Shown piece after piece: positions 24,963 to 34,825 of a stretch of DNA of 64,000 bases. Within the stretch, counting starts at the first letter, position 1. Every line of letters starts with the position of its first letter. The notes beneath the pieces were generated by a model. That model searched no databases, was not told the origin of the DNA, and saw only the letters and a list, made by a program, of their open reading frames with translations. The stretch is from Bdellovibrionales bacterium. Lineage in GTDB: Bacteria > Bdellovibrionota > Bdellovibrionia > Bdellovibrionales > UBA1609. The position numbers and the translations under genes are program-made. The stretch is taken from contig JAHBUX010000002.1 of the NCBI GenBank assembly GCA_019637855.1, forward strand, positions 194,806-258,805, read 5' to 3'.

Positions 24963-27071
24963 TTAAGGCTGGAGACCTTGCTCTTTGAATACAGGATCGG
25001 CACTCAAGGGGCGACCCAAAAAGCTCTCCATAACTTCCGAGATCCGTTTTTCATTCTGCGGAACCTCAAGAACTTCACGGCGCCATTTTAGCAGAGCTTC
25101 CGGATTCATTACCCCGCCCAACTCCTGTTGGCGGGCAACCACGTTGGCTGCCGCTACACCGGCGTTGATATAAGACGAGTAGTAGCCGGCATATTCGCCC
25201 GAAATGTGGTGAAACGTCTGAACAAAATGATCTTCGTCGGTCGGGTCCACGCCAAAGAAGTCGATGAACATACGGCGATAAAGAGCGTGCAGATCCGTCG
25301 GCGATTCCAACTCCGCGATTTTCTTTTGCAGCTCGATGTCGAGCAGCGAGAGAAAGACTGTATTCATCATATGACTCGAGCTGAAGAAGTCGCCGTTGAG
25401 CAACTGAAAGCCTCGCTCACCTGCCGCCAGTTTTTCAGCCAAGGTCAACGGAAGCTTTTTTCCCGCGTCCAAGCGGTGGCTTGAGAGGGCCACCAAGACT
25501 TCGGGAATTTTCACCGTGCGGTCAAGGCTTGTCGAAGGGACTTCCATATGGTCGGTAGGATGGGTCCATCCCGACAGTTGAAAGTACGAGCCCTGTTGAA
25601 ACAAAGCGTGTAGGGCGTGACCCATCTCATGCAATGTGGTCTGCACATCGCCGAGAGAAACATTCAAAGTCGCACGTTGATCGTACGGCCCCCAGTTGGT
25701 CATCAAGATCGCGACAGGCAAGCGCACATCGCCGTCGACTTTGCGTCGCGAGATCAGCTCTTCAACAAACGCCGTACTGGCATTTTTGCCTGGCCGACTG
25801 TAAAGGTCGAAGTAGATAAAGCCCAACGCGCGCCCGTCGCGTAGGTCGCGCACGCGGAAGAGTTGAACACTCTCATGCCAAACATCGACGTCCTTGATCT
25901 CTTCAAATGTGATCAAAAAAGTCGTTTTCAAATAGTTGAAGTAGGAAGACAGAAAATGTGTGGCTGGAAAGTAGTCGGCAGCTTCGTTTTCTACGTTCAA
26001 AGCTCTAGAGCTCTCGGCCCCCTGTGTATCGTTCAACAAAGTGTCATAGTAAAACCAATCCCAAGGGCGAAGCGGGGTGTTCAATCCATCGGCGCCTTTG
26101 CGCTCACTTAACTTTTGCAGGTGGCGCGCGATGGCCGGTTGAAAGCCTTTTTTCAAATCGTTGAGCAAAGCCTCGACTTGTTCGGGTCCGCCCGCCAGGC
26201 TGCGGTCGGTGATGACCTTGTGAAGCCAGTCAGATTTGCCGTTTAGGCGCGCGATCTCGGCGTTGATACGAGTGATTTCTAACAAGCGTCTGGCGTTGTC
26301 ATCGTTGCGCCCGCGGTAAGCCAGGTAAATCTTACGGCGAGTCGCTTCACTTCGCGCGTGGGTGAGAACGTCACGTACGATCGAAGGATCAGCCACCGGT
26401 AAGCGAATGCTTCCGTTTTTGGTCGTATACGGAGCGAGCAGCTCAGCCGGTATGCCTTCGACATCTCCAGCGCCAAGGTCGACCGCAGACGTGTCGTTCT
26501 GTAAGGCCGAACGGAATTGCGCGGTCAGTGCAGCGCCTTTACCAGTCAGCTCATTGATGCGAATGCGCACACTCTCCGGCAAAGACGCGCCTCCGTTTTT
26601 TAGGCGGCGAAGCAAAGCTAACTTCAATTCGGTCTCTTCACCCGGCGCCGTCGCGACATTCTCGAGCGCGCGAAAGAGCGTGCTGTCGGAAGCAAAGCGC
26701 GCCAGCCCCTCTTGATAGGAGGCTTCGAAAGTCTCGGTCTCTGCCGTCAATTCAGGAGGGAGCGCTTGCAATGAGGCCACGGTTTTCAAAGTCAGCCCAC
26801 GCGCGGCATAGCGGTCCAAGGCCTGGTCGGCCGCGCGCACGGTATTCACAAAATTACGCTGCTCCGCCGGCAACTCGGCGATTTCTGTGAGCGCTTGTTT
26901 TAATTCGGAGTTCATCTCCTGGCCACTTTGATGATAGTAGCCGGGCGTGGTGGAATGACGAATCCACTCGTTAAGAACGGCCGGAAAGTCCGCGGCTAAG
27001 TTCTCTTGGCAGGACATAGAATTTCCTCCGAAGGCAACACTTGAGAGAAGAAGGGTGGTGAGGAAGGACAT
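24963..27071 (-). CDS. M3 family zinc metallopeptidase (oligopeptidase / peptidyl-dipeptidase-like), secreted
   Basis: HExxH site (TLHEMGHALHALF) and a downstream E-containing region typical of M3. Signal-like N-terminus (MSFLTTLLLSSVAFG) from the ATG at 27071, which has a GGAG RBS. Confidence 0.85.
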   Translation of the reverse strand: MSFLTTLLLSSVAFGGNSMSCQENLAADFPAVLNEWIRHSTTPGYYHQSGQEMNSELKQALTEIAELPAEQRNFVNTVRAADQALDRYAARGLTLKTVASLQALPPELTAETETFEASYQEGLARFASDSTLFRALENVATAPGEETELKLALLRRLKNGGASLPESVRIRINELTGKGAALTAQFRSALQNDTSAVDLGAGDVEGIPAELLAPYTTKNGSIRLPVADPSIVRDVLTHARSEATRRKIYLAYRGRNDDNARRLLEITRINAEIARLNGKSDWLHKVITDRSLAGGPEQVEALLNDLKKGFQPAIARHLQKLSERKGADGLNTPLRPWDWFYYDTLLNDTQGAESSRALNVENEAADYFPATHFLSSYFNYLKTTFLITFEEIKDVDVWHESVQLFRVRDLRDGRALGFIYFDLYSRPGKNASTAFVEELISRRKVDGDVRLPVAILMTNWGPYDQRATLNVSLGDVQTTLHEMGHALHALFQQGSYFQLSGWTHPTDHMEVPSTSLDRTVKIPEVLVALSSHRLDAGKKLPLTLAEKLAAGERGFQLLNGDFFSSSHMMNTVFLSLLDIELQKKIAELESPTDLHALYRRMFIDFFGVDPTDEDHFVQTFHHISGEYAGYYSSYINAGVAAANVVARQQELGGVMNPEALLKWRREVLEVPQNEKRISEVMESFLGRPLSADPVFKEQGLQP

Positions 27072-27101
27072 ACATACTCCAATGTCCCCCCACAAGATTC
27101 G

Positions 27102-27959
27102 TCAGCGAAAACTCGCCTTCGATTGATGCTTAATCTTGCGTTTTCGGTTTCCGGTGACACGCGCCTTTTTGATTACGGATTGCTCTGTGCGTTTACGGAA
27201 GATCTTAGCCAATGCCCCTTGATCTAAAAACGCATACTCGCCTTTTTGTAAAGGGCCCAAGGTCAATAGACCGATGGCCACGCGCTTCAGCTTCTTCACA
27301 TCAAATCCGATTTTTTGAAACATGTGACGGACCTGGCGATTTTTACCTTCGCCGATCACGATCTTTACCCAACCGTACTTGGAGGAGTCACCGATCTTGG
27401 CGCGCTCCACATGCCAGGCCTTCACGCGCCCGCCGGGAATGGTGACACCACGAAGGAGTTTGTTCAATTGCTCGTCCGTGGGCTGACCATCTAATTTCGC
27501 CAAATAGGTTTTAGGAATCTCTTCACGCGGGTGCATGACCTTTTGGGCGAAGTCGCCGTCGTTGGTGAGGAGAAGCAACCCCTCCGTGTCCCAGTCCAAA
27601 CGACCTACCGGAAATACCCGCACCGGCAGCTGTTCCATAAAGGCAGCCACGGTAGGACGGCCCTCGGGGTCCTCCATCGTGGTCAGCACATTCTCTGGCT
27701 TATAGAAAACGACGTAGATCTTTTGCGTGGCCGGCTTAACGGGCTTGCCATCCACTGTTACGCGATCGGCGGAGGGGTCTACTTTCACCCCGAGTTCGTA
27801 AACGGTTTTTCCGTTCACCTGGACATGACCGTCGGCGATCATTTCATCGGCCTTACGGCGCGAAGCCAGGCCGCAATCGGCCAGGAACTTATTGAGTCTT
27901 ATGCTGGTGGAATCCGGAGACGGGCCCCGGGGGCGTGTTACGCCTTTGGTTGATGCCAT
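27102..27959 (-). CDS. rluB: 23S rRNA pseudouridine synthase, RluB/RsuA family (S4 domain + catalytic domain)
   Basis: S4 domain (IRLNKFLADCGLASRRKADEMIADGHVQVNG). Catalytic motif (GRLDWDTEGLLLLTNDG). Basic C-terminal tail. Confidence 0.85.
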   Translation of the reverse strand: MASTKGVTRPRGPSPDSTSIRLNKFLADCGLASRRKADEMIADGHVQVNGKTVYELGVKVDPSADRVTVDGKPVKPATQKIYVVFYKPENVLTTMEDPEGRPTVAAFMEQLPVRVFPVGRLDWDTEGLLLLTNDGDFAQKVMHPREEIPKTYLAKLDGQPTDEQLNKLLRGVTIPGGRVKAWHVERAKIGDSSKYGWVKIVIGEGKNRQVRHMFQKIGFDVKKLKRVAIGLLTLGPLQKGEYAFLDQGALAKIFRKRTEQSVIKKARVTGNRKRKIKHQSKASFR

Positions 27960-28878
27960 ATTCCAGATGGGTTACCAGCAGAGTCAGCAGTCTGTCATTG
28001 GGAAAAACGTTTTTCAGTCCCATACGGCCGCGATTGAGGGCGCGCTCGGCCTCGGCCAATGCGTCGGGGGAAGGATTGGAAAGTAACCGGTTGGCTCTCT
28101 CCAGCCGCGAGACCATTTCCTGGTAGTAGGGATCGCTCTGGGCATCGATAAAGTGGCGTTCCACCTTCTTGAGCGAATGAAACAGATCCTGCGTTTCGGG
28201 CAGTTTCGCCCTGATAAAGGTTTCGAACTTTTGAAAGGTATACCCGCGCGTGACAAGGCCGTGCACGCCTTCGATGTCGGTATGAAAGCAGTGGGTGGTC
28301 ATCAAGCTGCCTTCCAAAACCTGTCGTACTTGAGGCATGAGCTCTAAATCCGAGGAGTAGAACAGATGGGTGACGGGGGCGACCAAACGCAGACGGGCAC
28401 CCCAGACCAAGGCCTGGTTGGGATACACTTTGACCTCTAGAGTTCCGGCTGGCGACAGTAGTAGGGCTAAGATCTGAGTGTCGGAGATCTTTACCGTCTT
28501 CAGCGTATCCCCCGACTTTCGTCGGGCGCTATGCTCGAATTCAACCAGATCTTCGAGATCCTGAAACAGTTTGAGCGGGACAATTTGCAAAGTGTCGGAA
28601 TGACGAAGCGATAGAAAGGGTTCGGCTTGCAGACCCGTGGAAGGGAGTTTTAGAAAACCCTCCACATCCGCACGGACAGTCTCGCTTAAGGCATACGCTT
28701 CGGCTTGCCAGTGATCGAATTGCAGCACGCGCGCGTAAAAGTTCTGCAGCACTGCCGGGGAAAAGGGCAGCGACGGGTCAAGCACGTGTTTCATGTAGTT
28801 GAACAGCGTGAGCCGTGCTTGGTTTCTCTGTGGATCTTGCTTCAAAAGGTACTGGGCGAACTGACTCACCGATGTCAT
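27889..28878 (-). CDS. Hypothetical protein (329 aa)
   Basis: Intact ORF upstream of rluB on the same strand. Its 3' end overlaps the rluB start by 71 nt. No motif recognised. Confidence 0.6.
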   Translation of the reverse strand: MTSVSQFAQYLLKQDPQRNQARLTLFNYMKHVLDPSLPFSPAVLQNFYARVLQFDHWQAEAYALSETVRADVEGFLKLPSTGLQAEPFLSLRHSDTLQIVPLKLFQDLEDLVEFEHSARRKSGDTLKTVKISDTQILALLLSPAGTLEVKVYPNQALVWGARLRLVAPVTHLFYSSDLELMPQVRQVLEGSLMTTHCFHTDIEGVHGLVTRGYTFQKFETFIRAKLPETQDLFHSLKKVERHFIDAQSDPYYQEMVSRLERANRLLSNPSPDALAEAERALNRGRMGLKNVFPNDRLLTLLVTHLEYGINQRRNTPPGPVSGFHQHKTQ

Positions 28879-28933
28879 ACTTTAACGATAGAGTGGGGAC
28901 TCGCTTTTCGTCCACTTGAAAAAGAGGTAAGGC

Positions 28934-29440
28934 ATGGCACGCGAACTAAACCGCGATCTTTTCGGCAACCGCAACTCGGAAACTGGACCAGCTCCGCAAA
29001 CTCCCCCGGCCACAGGTTACGCCAAAGCGGAAGATGTTCGTATGTTGCACATGCATATCGAGGCCCTGGCCAAGCGCATGAAAGAGTTCGAATCGCGTTT
29101 GGAAACCATGCATACCAAAGTGGAAGATATGACCAAGATGAACAAGCAGCGCTTTGAGCGTGTGCAAAGTCATTTTCAGAATCAAAATGAAGTGGTGAAG
29201 AGCGGCTTTAACGACATCAACACCAAGATCGCCCAGGTGGTCAGCCGCGTGAACGAGCGCAAAGTGGCCGACAATGTGGTCAAGGACATGGTCGAACGCT
29301 CTTCGCAAGTGGTTCAGAGTTTCGAGGTGCGCTTGAATCAGTTACAGCGCGTGATCAGTGAGCAAGAGCTAATCCTTACAAGCGCACGCTCCCAGTTAAA
29401 GGATGCGTTACAGGAGCTCTCGCGTTTAAAAAAGCTCTAG
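28934..29440 (+). CDS. Coiled-coil protein, unknown function (168 aa)
   Basis: GAGGTAAGG RBS. Heptad-rich sequence (HIEALAKRMKEFESRLETMHTKVEDMTKMNKQRFERVQ...). Confidence 0.65.
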   Translation: MARELNRDLFGNRNSETGPAPQTPPATGYAKAEDVRMLHMHIEALAKRMKEFESRLETMHTKVEDMTKMNKQRFERVQSHFQNQNEVVKSGFNDINTKIAQVVSRVNERKVADNVVKDMVERSSQVVQSFEVRLNQLQRVISEQELILTSARSQLKDALQELSRLKKL

Positions 29441-29470
29441 GCTTTGTGCGGCGCTGAGCCGCCGCACAAA
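29441..29470 (+). terminator. GC-rich stem-loop immediately after the stop codon (terminator-like, no U tract)
   Basis: ctttgtgcggcg (29441-29452) pairs with cgccgcacaaag (29459-29470) across a 6-nt loop. No T run on either side. Confidence 0.4.
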
Positions 29471-29517
29471 GACCGGTGGGCCATTGCAATTTTTCGTGTC
29501 CGTCGTTAGCTTTCTTC

Positions 29518-30843
29518 ATGCACAAAAAATTAGACGTATGGTCGCGCCGCCAATTCCTTGCCACGCTTTTCAGCGCTGGAGCTTTTGCCAAGGCCGGTAC
29601 TCTGGCCGAACCCGACTCGCTGCTCTTTCCTGAACAAGACAAGAAGGGCTTTTCCATCCTGCAAGGGATGACCGATGAAACGTCGGCTCAATTCACCGTG
29701 GTGTTGCCCAAAAAGAGTGTGTGGACGGTGCAGATTCTGGATGCGCATGGGCAGGCGGCCGGAACGACATCTATGCGGATCGTGGACCGCCCGTTTTCAA
29801 ACCACGCGGTCTACAAGCTGAGCGTCGAGGGGCTGCGTTTGGGCGTGAACTACCGTTTGCGCGTGCTTAACTTCAAGGGCGGCATTCAGGACGAGCGCGA
29901 CTTTGCCACTCTCGATCTCTCACCGCGCGCCGTCCGTTTGGCCTTCGCTTCGTGTATGTGCGATCACTTGCACCGCGATGATGTGTGGTGGAAATTCGAG
30001 CAGCAGGAGCCCGAGATGGCCTTCTTCTTAGGCGACTCCGTCTATGGCGACCGCCCTGGCTTCTGGACCGTGCGGAAGGCGGATCCCGAGCAGTTGTGGA
30101 ACCGCTATGTCGCCACTCGAAATCGCGTGGCCTTTTATTTTCAACGGCGTTTGGTGCCGGCGCTGGCCACCTGGGATGATCACGACTTCGGCGGCAACAA
30201 CGTTTACGGCAACTATCGCTTCAAAGAAGATTCACGCCAGGTTTTTGAAACGTTCTTCGCTCAGGAAGAGCGCCCTTCCTTGCAGAAGGGGCCGGGAGTG
30301 GCACGCCGCTTTTCAGCTTTCGGTGCCGATTTCTTTTTGCTCGACGGTCGCACCTACCGTGACGGTTGGGATGGTGCCAACTCCCGCGTTCTCGGTGCTG
30401 TCCAAGAAGAGTGGCTGTTCCCGGCGATTCGGAGCAAACCCACATGGTTGCTCAATGGTTCGGTCTTTTACGGCGCCTACACCGGCAAAGACTCTTTTGA
30501 GGGGCAATACCGCAATGACTTCAAAGCCTTTATCGAGAAAGTAAAGCGCAGCGAGGGGCTGGTGTGTTTCGGTTCAGGCGATGTGCACTTTTCAGAGATC
30601 ATGGATATCGAGGAGGCGCAGCTCGGTTACAAGACCTTCGAGATGGTCTCGAGCTCGATGCATAGCTACACCTTTCCGGGGCACGAATGGCGCTTCACCA
30701 ATGCGCGCCGTCGGGTCTCGACCAGCTCGCATAACTTCACTCTGTACGAGGGTGAGTTTGGTACCGCGGAGATCAATGGCGTGATTTCCTCTTTTTCAGC
30801 CGGTTCGCAAGAATTTCGCACTCCTGTGCGGGTGAAACGCTAG
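29518..30843 (+). CDS. PhoD-like phosphatase / metallophosphoesterase with twin-arginine signal
   Basis: The internal ATG gives MHKKLDVWSRRQFLATLFSAGAFAKA (Tat-type SRRQFL). Motifs: FLGDSVYGD, ATWDDHDFGGNN, GSGDVHFSE. Confidence 0.75.
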   Translation: MHKKLDVWSRRQFLATLFSAGAFAKAGTLAEPDSLLFPEQDKKGFSILQGMTDETSAQFTVVLPKKSVWTVQILDAHGQAAGTTSMRIVDRPFSNHAVYKLSVEGLRLGVNYRLRVLNFKGGIQDERDFATLDLSPRAVRLAFASCMCDHLHRDDVWWKFEQQEPEMAFFLGDSVYGDRPGFWTVRKADPEQLWNRYVATRNRVAFYFQRRLVPALATWDDHDFGGNNVYGNYRFKEDSRQVFETFFAQEERPSLQKGPGVARRFSAFGADFFLLDGRTYRDGWDGANSRVLGAVQEEWLFPAIRSKPTWLLNGSVFYGAYTGKDSFEGQYRNDFKAFIEKVKRSEGLVCFGSGDVHFSEIMDIEEAQLGYKTFEMVSSSMHSYTFPGHEWRFTNARRRVSTSSHNFTLYEGEFGTAEINGVISSFSAGSQEFRTPVRVKR

Positions 30844-30888
30844 AGCTTGCATCAAGGCGCTTAGGGAGTGTAGCTCTGTTCAAGAGCT

Positions 30889-31518
30889 ATGCGGACGAGG
30901 CGCAATACAAACCCCATTTTGGCTGTTCTCCTGGCGTTGGTGTGCAGCGGCCTGCCGGCTTTTGCGGCCGATGATCTCATGACCGCGCTGGATAGCTGTG
31001 AAGTCACGGAAGAGCTCTTGCGCGGCCATTTGGAGAATGCGGCCAATATTTTGGAAGCCGAGGTGCGCTTGGAGGACCGCAGTTCCCGCGAGTTGAGTCA
31101 AACCCGTCGCTTTCAAGTGTCTATGGAGCTTGAAAATGTGAGCTGGCATAAGACCCGTTGTGTGCATGATGTGGTGATGCGCTTTCTGCCTCCGGACGAA
31201 AGCCTTCGTCGATTGCAGTACCGTAGTGAGAATGAAAAGGTGATGACTCAGCTGGGGCTTTATCGTGGGTTAAAAACCGGCGCTTCCCATTCTCAGAAGT
31301 GTAAGGATTTTTTTGATCAGAAGTGCATGCGCCGTCAAATGATCGAAAACATGCAGCGGCAAGCGGTGCTCAAGGCTATCGATCGCTTGGCCGGAGATCT
31401 CTATGAAGGTGAAGCGGCTAAGTCAGAGCTGACGTTACGGCAGATCGCCTTTCACCGTCTGGCGGAGATTGACTCACGCATTGATGGTTATGAAAGGCGT
31501 TGCTGCGTGCGGAAATAG
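30889..31518 (+). CDS. Secreted hypothetical protein (209 aa)
   Basis: Signal peptide (ILAVLLALVCSGLPAFA). Several Cys. No motif recognised. Confidence 0.6.
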   Translation: MRTRRNTNPILAVLLALVCSGLPAFAADDLMTALDSCEVTEELLRGHLENAANILEAEVRLEDRSSRELSQTRRFQVSMELENVSWHKTRCVHDVVMRFLPPDESLRRLQYRSENEKVMTQLGLYRGLKTGASHSQKCKDFFDQKCMRRQMIENMQRQAVLKAIDRLAGDLYEGEAAKSELTLRQIAFHRLAEIDSRIDGYERRCCVRK

Positions 31519-32276
31519 TCGCGTATCACATCGCACATCTTTTCGAAGCTCTGCTTGGAGTCTTTGAACAAACCTACCTGACGGAAATGATCAATGTTGA
31601 GTTCGGCGATCACGCGACCGAAGGCCTGCGTGTCGCGCTCCACAACTCCATCCGAAGGCAGATCAAAATCGCGAAAGGCCCGCACGGTGTAGAACATCTT
31701 GAGCGGCGTGCACCAACGGGTGCGCGCGTCCCAGCACACTAGAGAAGCTGTGTCCGCGCGATAGCTGTGACCCGTGAACAAACGAACAACGTTCTCTTTC
31801 ACCAACTCGTCGAAAAAGCCGCGTTTGCTGTGGATATCGTAACCAAAGGAGCGCAAAACCAGCGTCGAACCACGATAGTTCTGTGGCATATCCAGACAGA
31901 CGCGGGCCAAGTGCGCGCCGGCGTGAGGTGACGCCACGGACAGACAGCTTAGAATCTTGCCGGTTTTTTTCTCTTCAAGCTCGCGCAACACCAGGCGGGA
32001 CACCAAACCGCCCGCGGAATGCCCCAATAGGTGGATAGGTTCGCTCGATAGCCATAAGGGGTGGCTTTCAATAAATTCACACGCGCGTTTCGCCACTTCC
32101 GGTAGACTTCCCGCGCCCATGCCCAGCACTGGAACAAAGTGAATGTCGCGTTTTCCGAAAGCTGCTGCCAGATGTTTGTGAATGGGACCGAAGTCAAAGA
32201 CAGACCACTTCGCATTGTCGTGGCCATAGGTACTCAGGCCACGCAGAAAAAACACATGGATCGGGGAATGTGACAT
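31488..32276 (-). CDS. Alpha/beta hydrolase (lipase/esterase-like)
   Basis: Nucleophile elbow (IHLLGHSAGG, GxSxG). The N-terminus (IHVFFLRGL...) is typical of lipase class-2/PGAP1-like proteins. Convergent 31-nt overlap with the preceding gene. Confidence 0.7.
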   Translation of the reverse strand: MSHSPIHVFFLRGLSTYGHDNAKWSVFDFGPIHKHLAAAFGKRDIHFVPVLGMGAGSLPEVAKRACEFIESHPLWLSSEPIHLLGHSAGGLVSRLVLRELEEKKTGKILSCLSVASPHAGAHLARVCLDMPQNYRGSTLVLRSFGYDIHSKRGFFDELVKENVVRLFTGHSYRADTASLVCWDARTRWCTPLKMFYTVRAFRDFDLPSDGVVERDTQAFGRVIAELNIDHFRQVGLFKDSKQSFEKMCDVIRDYFRTQQRLS

Positions 32277-32312
32277 TGTTGAAAATTAGCAGAGCGGAGA
32301 CCGCTCAGGCCA

Positions 32313-32339
32313 GAAAAAAGGGACCGCTCGTGCAGTCCC
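32313..32339 (-). terminator. Weak rho-independent terminator after the OmpA-family gene
   Basis: On the minus strand, gggac-N10-gtccc is followed by TTTTTT (the + strand A run at 32314-32319). The stem is only 5 bp. Confidence 0.4.
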
Positions 32340-32377
32340 CTGTTGAAACTCAAGAACTGGCTGATAACCGCGCCGTC

Positions 32378-33757
32378 TTACATGGCATCCGGTTGCATAT
32401 TCTCTTCTGTCGAGGATTTGCTGGAAGCATGCGAGGGCACGATGATCACGTCCACTCGGCGGTTTGCCGCGCGACCGGCTTTGGTCTTATTGGAAGTGAT
32501 GGGTTTTTGAAATCCCTGACCGACGGTTTGAATCTTATCGCTTTCAAACCCCGAGGTTTCTAGGTATTCAGCCACAGCTTGAGCGCGATCCTGCGACAGC
32601 TGTTGGTTGATTTGAGCTGATCCCGTGGCATCAGTGTGACCTTCGATCACGACTTGCTCCGGATTCAGCTCCGAAGCGATGCCTTTCACTTTGGCCAGAA
32701 CAGGAAGAGCCGTTTGCGGCAGATCCGAGCGACCGCTGGCAAAGTTCATCGACTTCAGGCGGATCAAGAGGCGATCGCCTTGGCGATATACATCGGCTTC
32801 ATTTTCGCCGAACTCTTTGCGCGCCGATTCGAGCGCGGCGTTCAACTTCTGATTGGCTTCCGCTTGGCTCAAGGCTGCTTGTTGCGTCGATAGATTTTGG
32901 CTCAAAGCTTGGTTTTGAGATTCGACCTCAGTGAGTTGCCCTTTCACGCTGGCCAGTTGACGGTTTTGCATCACCATCTGAAGCGCGACGTCTTCCGACA
33001 GCTTTTTACCACCCGGACGCTTCGTGGCCGCCAACACATCCACCAGCAAAACGGTGCTGGAGTTAGCTCTGTCTACAGCGGCTTTGTAACCTGCCGGGTT
33101 GTGGCGATTGGCGGCGACCAGATTGTAGGCGTTGGTCAAATCCAGTTCGGCTTGTTTCAAAATCTTCGGCGTGTTGGAGTCGGCGTCATCACGACGAGCG
33201 CCGGCCAAACGCGCTTGCGCGGCGTCTAACTGAGTGGCTTGAATGCCTTGTAGCTCGAGATCCAGATAGGCGTTTTGCAGACGGTTGTAGGTATTGGTGG
33301 AAAATTCGCGCTCATCAGAGATGTCGCGGAAATCATCATCTAACTTTCCGATGCGCGCCCGCTGTTTAGGGAAGTTTCGCGCGCCGGCGTTGACCGCCAT
33401 TTGACGGGCATCGATCAGGCCCTGAAACCTGGCTTGTCGAGCCTCAGCTTCTTGTTTGGCTTTGGCTAAATAGCCGCGGGCATAGCCGATATCATCCAAT
33501 ATTTCCTTCTGACTTTCGCCATCAGCCAAGTCTGATTTGGCTTCTTTCTGCCAGCTTTGTGCTTTGCCGAATTCTTTGGGTGCGAGAACATCATAGTGCG
33601 CGGCGAAGCCACTATTGATGTCTGCATCGAGGCGGCTGATTTCCTCGCTTGGAACCGCGGTGGCGGGCATATCTACTTTATAACTTTTGCTAGCGCAGGC
33701 GCCGACAAACAATCCGGCTACGAGTGCGAGCCCCAGTTTGCTTTTGGACGTGGTCAT
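32378..33757 (-). CDS. OmpA-family lipoprotein with long N-terminal helical region
   Basis: AAGGAGAG RBS, then ATG at 33763 or 33757 (spacing is better for the second). Lipobox (GLFVGAC). C-terminal OmpA-like domain (IEGHTDATGSAQINQQLSQDRAQAVAEYL...NRRVDVIIV). Confidence 0.85.
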   Translation of the reverse strand: MTTSKSKLGLALVAGLFVGACASKSYKVDMPATAVPSEEISRLDADINSGFAAHYDVLAPKEFGKAQSWQKEAKSDLADGESQKEILDDIGYARGYLAKAKQEAEARQARFQGLIDARQMAVNAGARNFPKQRARIGKLDDDFRDISDEREFSTNTYNRLQNAYLDLELQGIQATQLDAAQARLAGARRDDADSNTPKILKQAELDLTNAYNLVAANRHNPAGYKAAVDRANSSTVLLVDVLAATKRPGGKKLSEDVALQMVMQNRQLASVKGQLTEVESQNQALSQNLSTQQAALSQAEANQKLNAALESARKEFGENEADVYRQGDRLLIRLKSMNFASGRSDLPQTALPVLAKVKGIASELNPEQVVIEGHTDATGSAQINQQLSQDRAQAVAEYLETSGFESDKIQTVGQGFQKPITSNKTKAGRAANRRVDVIIVPSHASSKSSTEENMQPDAM

Positions 33758-33915
33758 TTTCATCTCTCCTTTAAACGACAAGGCGTTTTTATCTGACGTC
33801 ACAAGACACAGCAGCTTCCATGCCATGGCGAGGTGCTAGATTTCACGCGTGACCCGGACCTTGGGCCGGGGCGAAAGTTCTTTTCAGAGAATGGTCGAGG
33901 TATTTTTGGACGTTC

Positions 33916-33943
33916 TACAGTTTGTCTCAAGTTTCACCGAAAA
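33916..33943 (+). promoter_or_regulatory. Sigma-28 (FliA)-like promoter candidate upstream of motA
   Basis: TAcAGTTT (33916-33923), 12-nt spacer, aCCGAaAA (33936-33943). This is the same AGTTT-N12-ACCGA architecture as the fliS candidate. The motA ATG is at 33962. Confidence 0.4.
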
Positions 33944-33961
33944 CCAGTACTGAGGTGAAGT

Positions 33962-34822
33962 ATGGGAATTGTAGGCGCGATAATCGTGCTGGTCAGCGTG
34001 TTCGGGGGCTTCGTATTGGCCGGCGGACATTTGCACGTGGTGTGGCAGCCGCTCGAGATGCTCATCATCTTTGGTGCCGCGATAGGGGGCTTCATCATCG
34101 GTAACCCGATGGGCACGGTGAAAATGGCCGTAGGCAAGGCCATTCACGGTCTCATGGGCAAAGGCCCTAGCAAGAAAGACTATGTTGAGCTGTTGCAATT
34201 GATGTTTCAACTCTTTCAGATTTTCCGTAAGGACGGTCCGCAAGCGGTCGAAAAACATATTGAAGAGCCGAACTCATCGGAGATCTTCAAAGCTTATCCT
34301 GCGTTTCTGAAAAACCACCATGCCGTGGATTTTCTCTGTGACACGATGAAGATCACCTTGTCTGCGGATCTGTCGCAATACGATGTGGACGACCTGCTCG
34401 ATCAAGATATCAAGGTGGCGCATGAAGAGGAACACGCCGCCCAGCACGCGGTGCAAGGAACTGGTGACGCTCTTCCCGGTCTGGGGATCGTGGCCGCCGT
34501 TCTTGGTATCGTGCATACGATGAGTTACCTCGATGCCGGTCCGAACGTGATCGGTGCGCACGTTGCCGCCGCTCTTATCGGTACGTTTCTCGGGGTTTTG
34601 GCGTGTTACGGATTCGTGGCGCCTATTGCAAGCAAAATGAAGAGTGATATTGAGACCGAAGGTCGCTACCTGGTCGTAATGAAAGCCGCGCTTGTGGCTT
34701 TGCAGCGTGGCGCTCCTCCGCTGGTGTGCGTGGAGTTCGCCCGCCGTTGTATCTATCCCACTGAGCGTCCGAGCTTCGAGGAAATGGATACGGCAACTAA
34801 AGAAGCGAAGAAGGCGGCGTAG
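33962..34822 (+). CDS. motA: Flagellar stator protein MotA
   Basis: 286 aa. N-terminal TM pair (IVGAIIVLVSVFGGFVLAGG, LIIFGAAIGGFIIGNP). C-terminal TM pair with the GIVAAVLGIVHTM / AAALIGTFLGVLACYG pattern typical of MotA/ExbB-type proteins. motB follows. Confidence 0.9.
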   Translation: MGIVGAIIVLVSVFGGFVLAGGHLHVVWQPLEMLIIFGAAIGGFIIGNPMGTVKMAVGKAIHGLMGKGPSKKDYVELLQLMFQLFQIFRKDGPQAVEKHIEEPNSSEIFKAYPAFLKNHHAVDFLCDTMKITLSADLSQYDVDDLLDQDIKVAHEEEHAAQHAVQGTGDALPGLGIVAAVLGIVHTMSYLDAGPNVIGAHVAAALIGTFLGVLACYGFVAPIASKMKSDIETEGRYLVVMKAALVALQRGAPPLVCVEFARRCIYPTERPSFEEMDTATKEAKKAA

Positions 34823-34825
34823 GAC

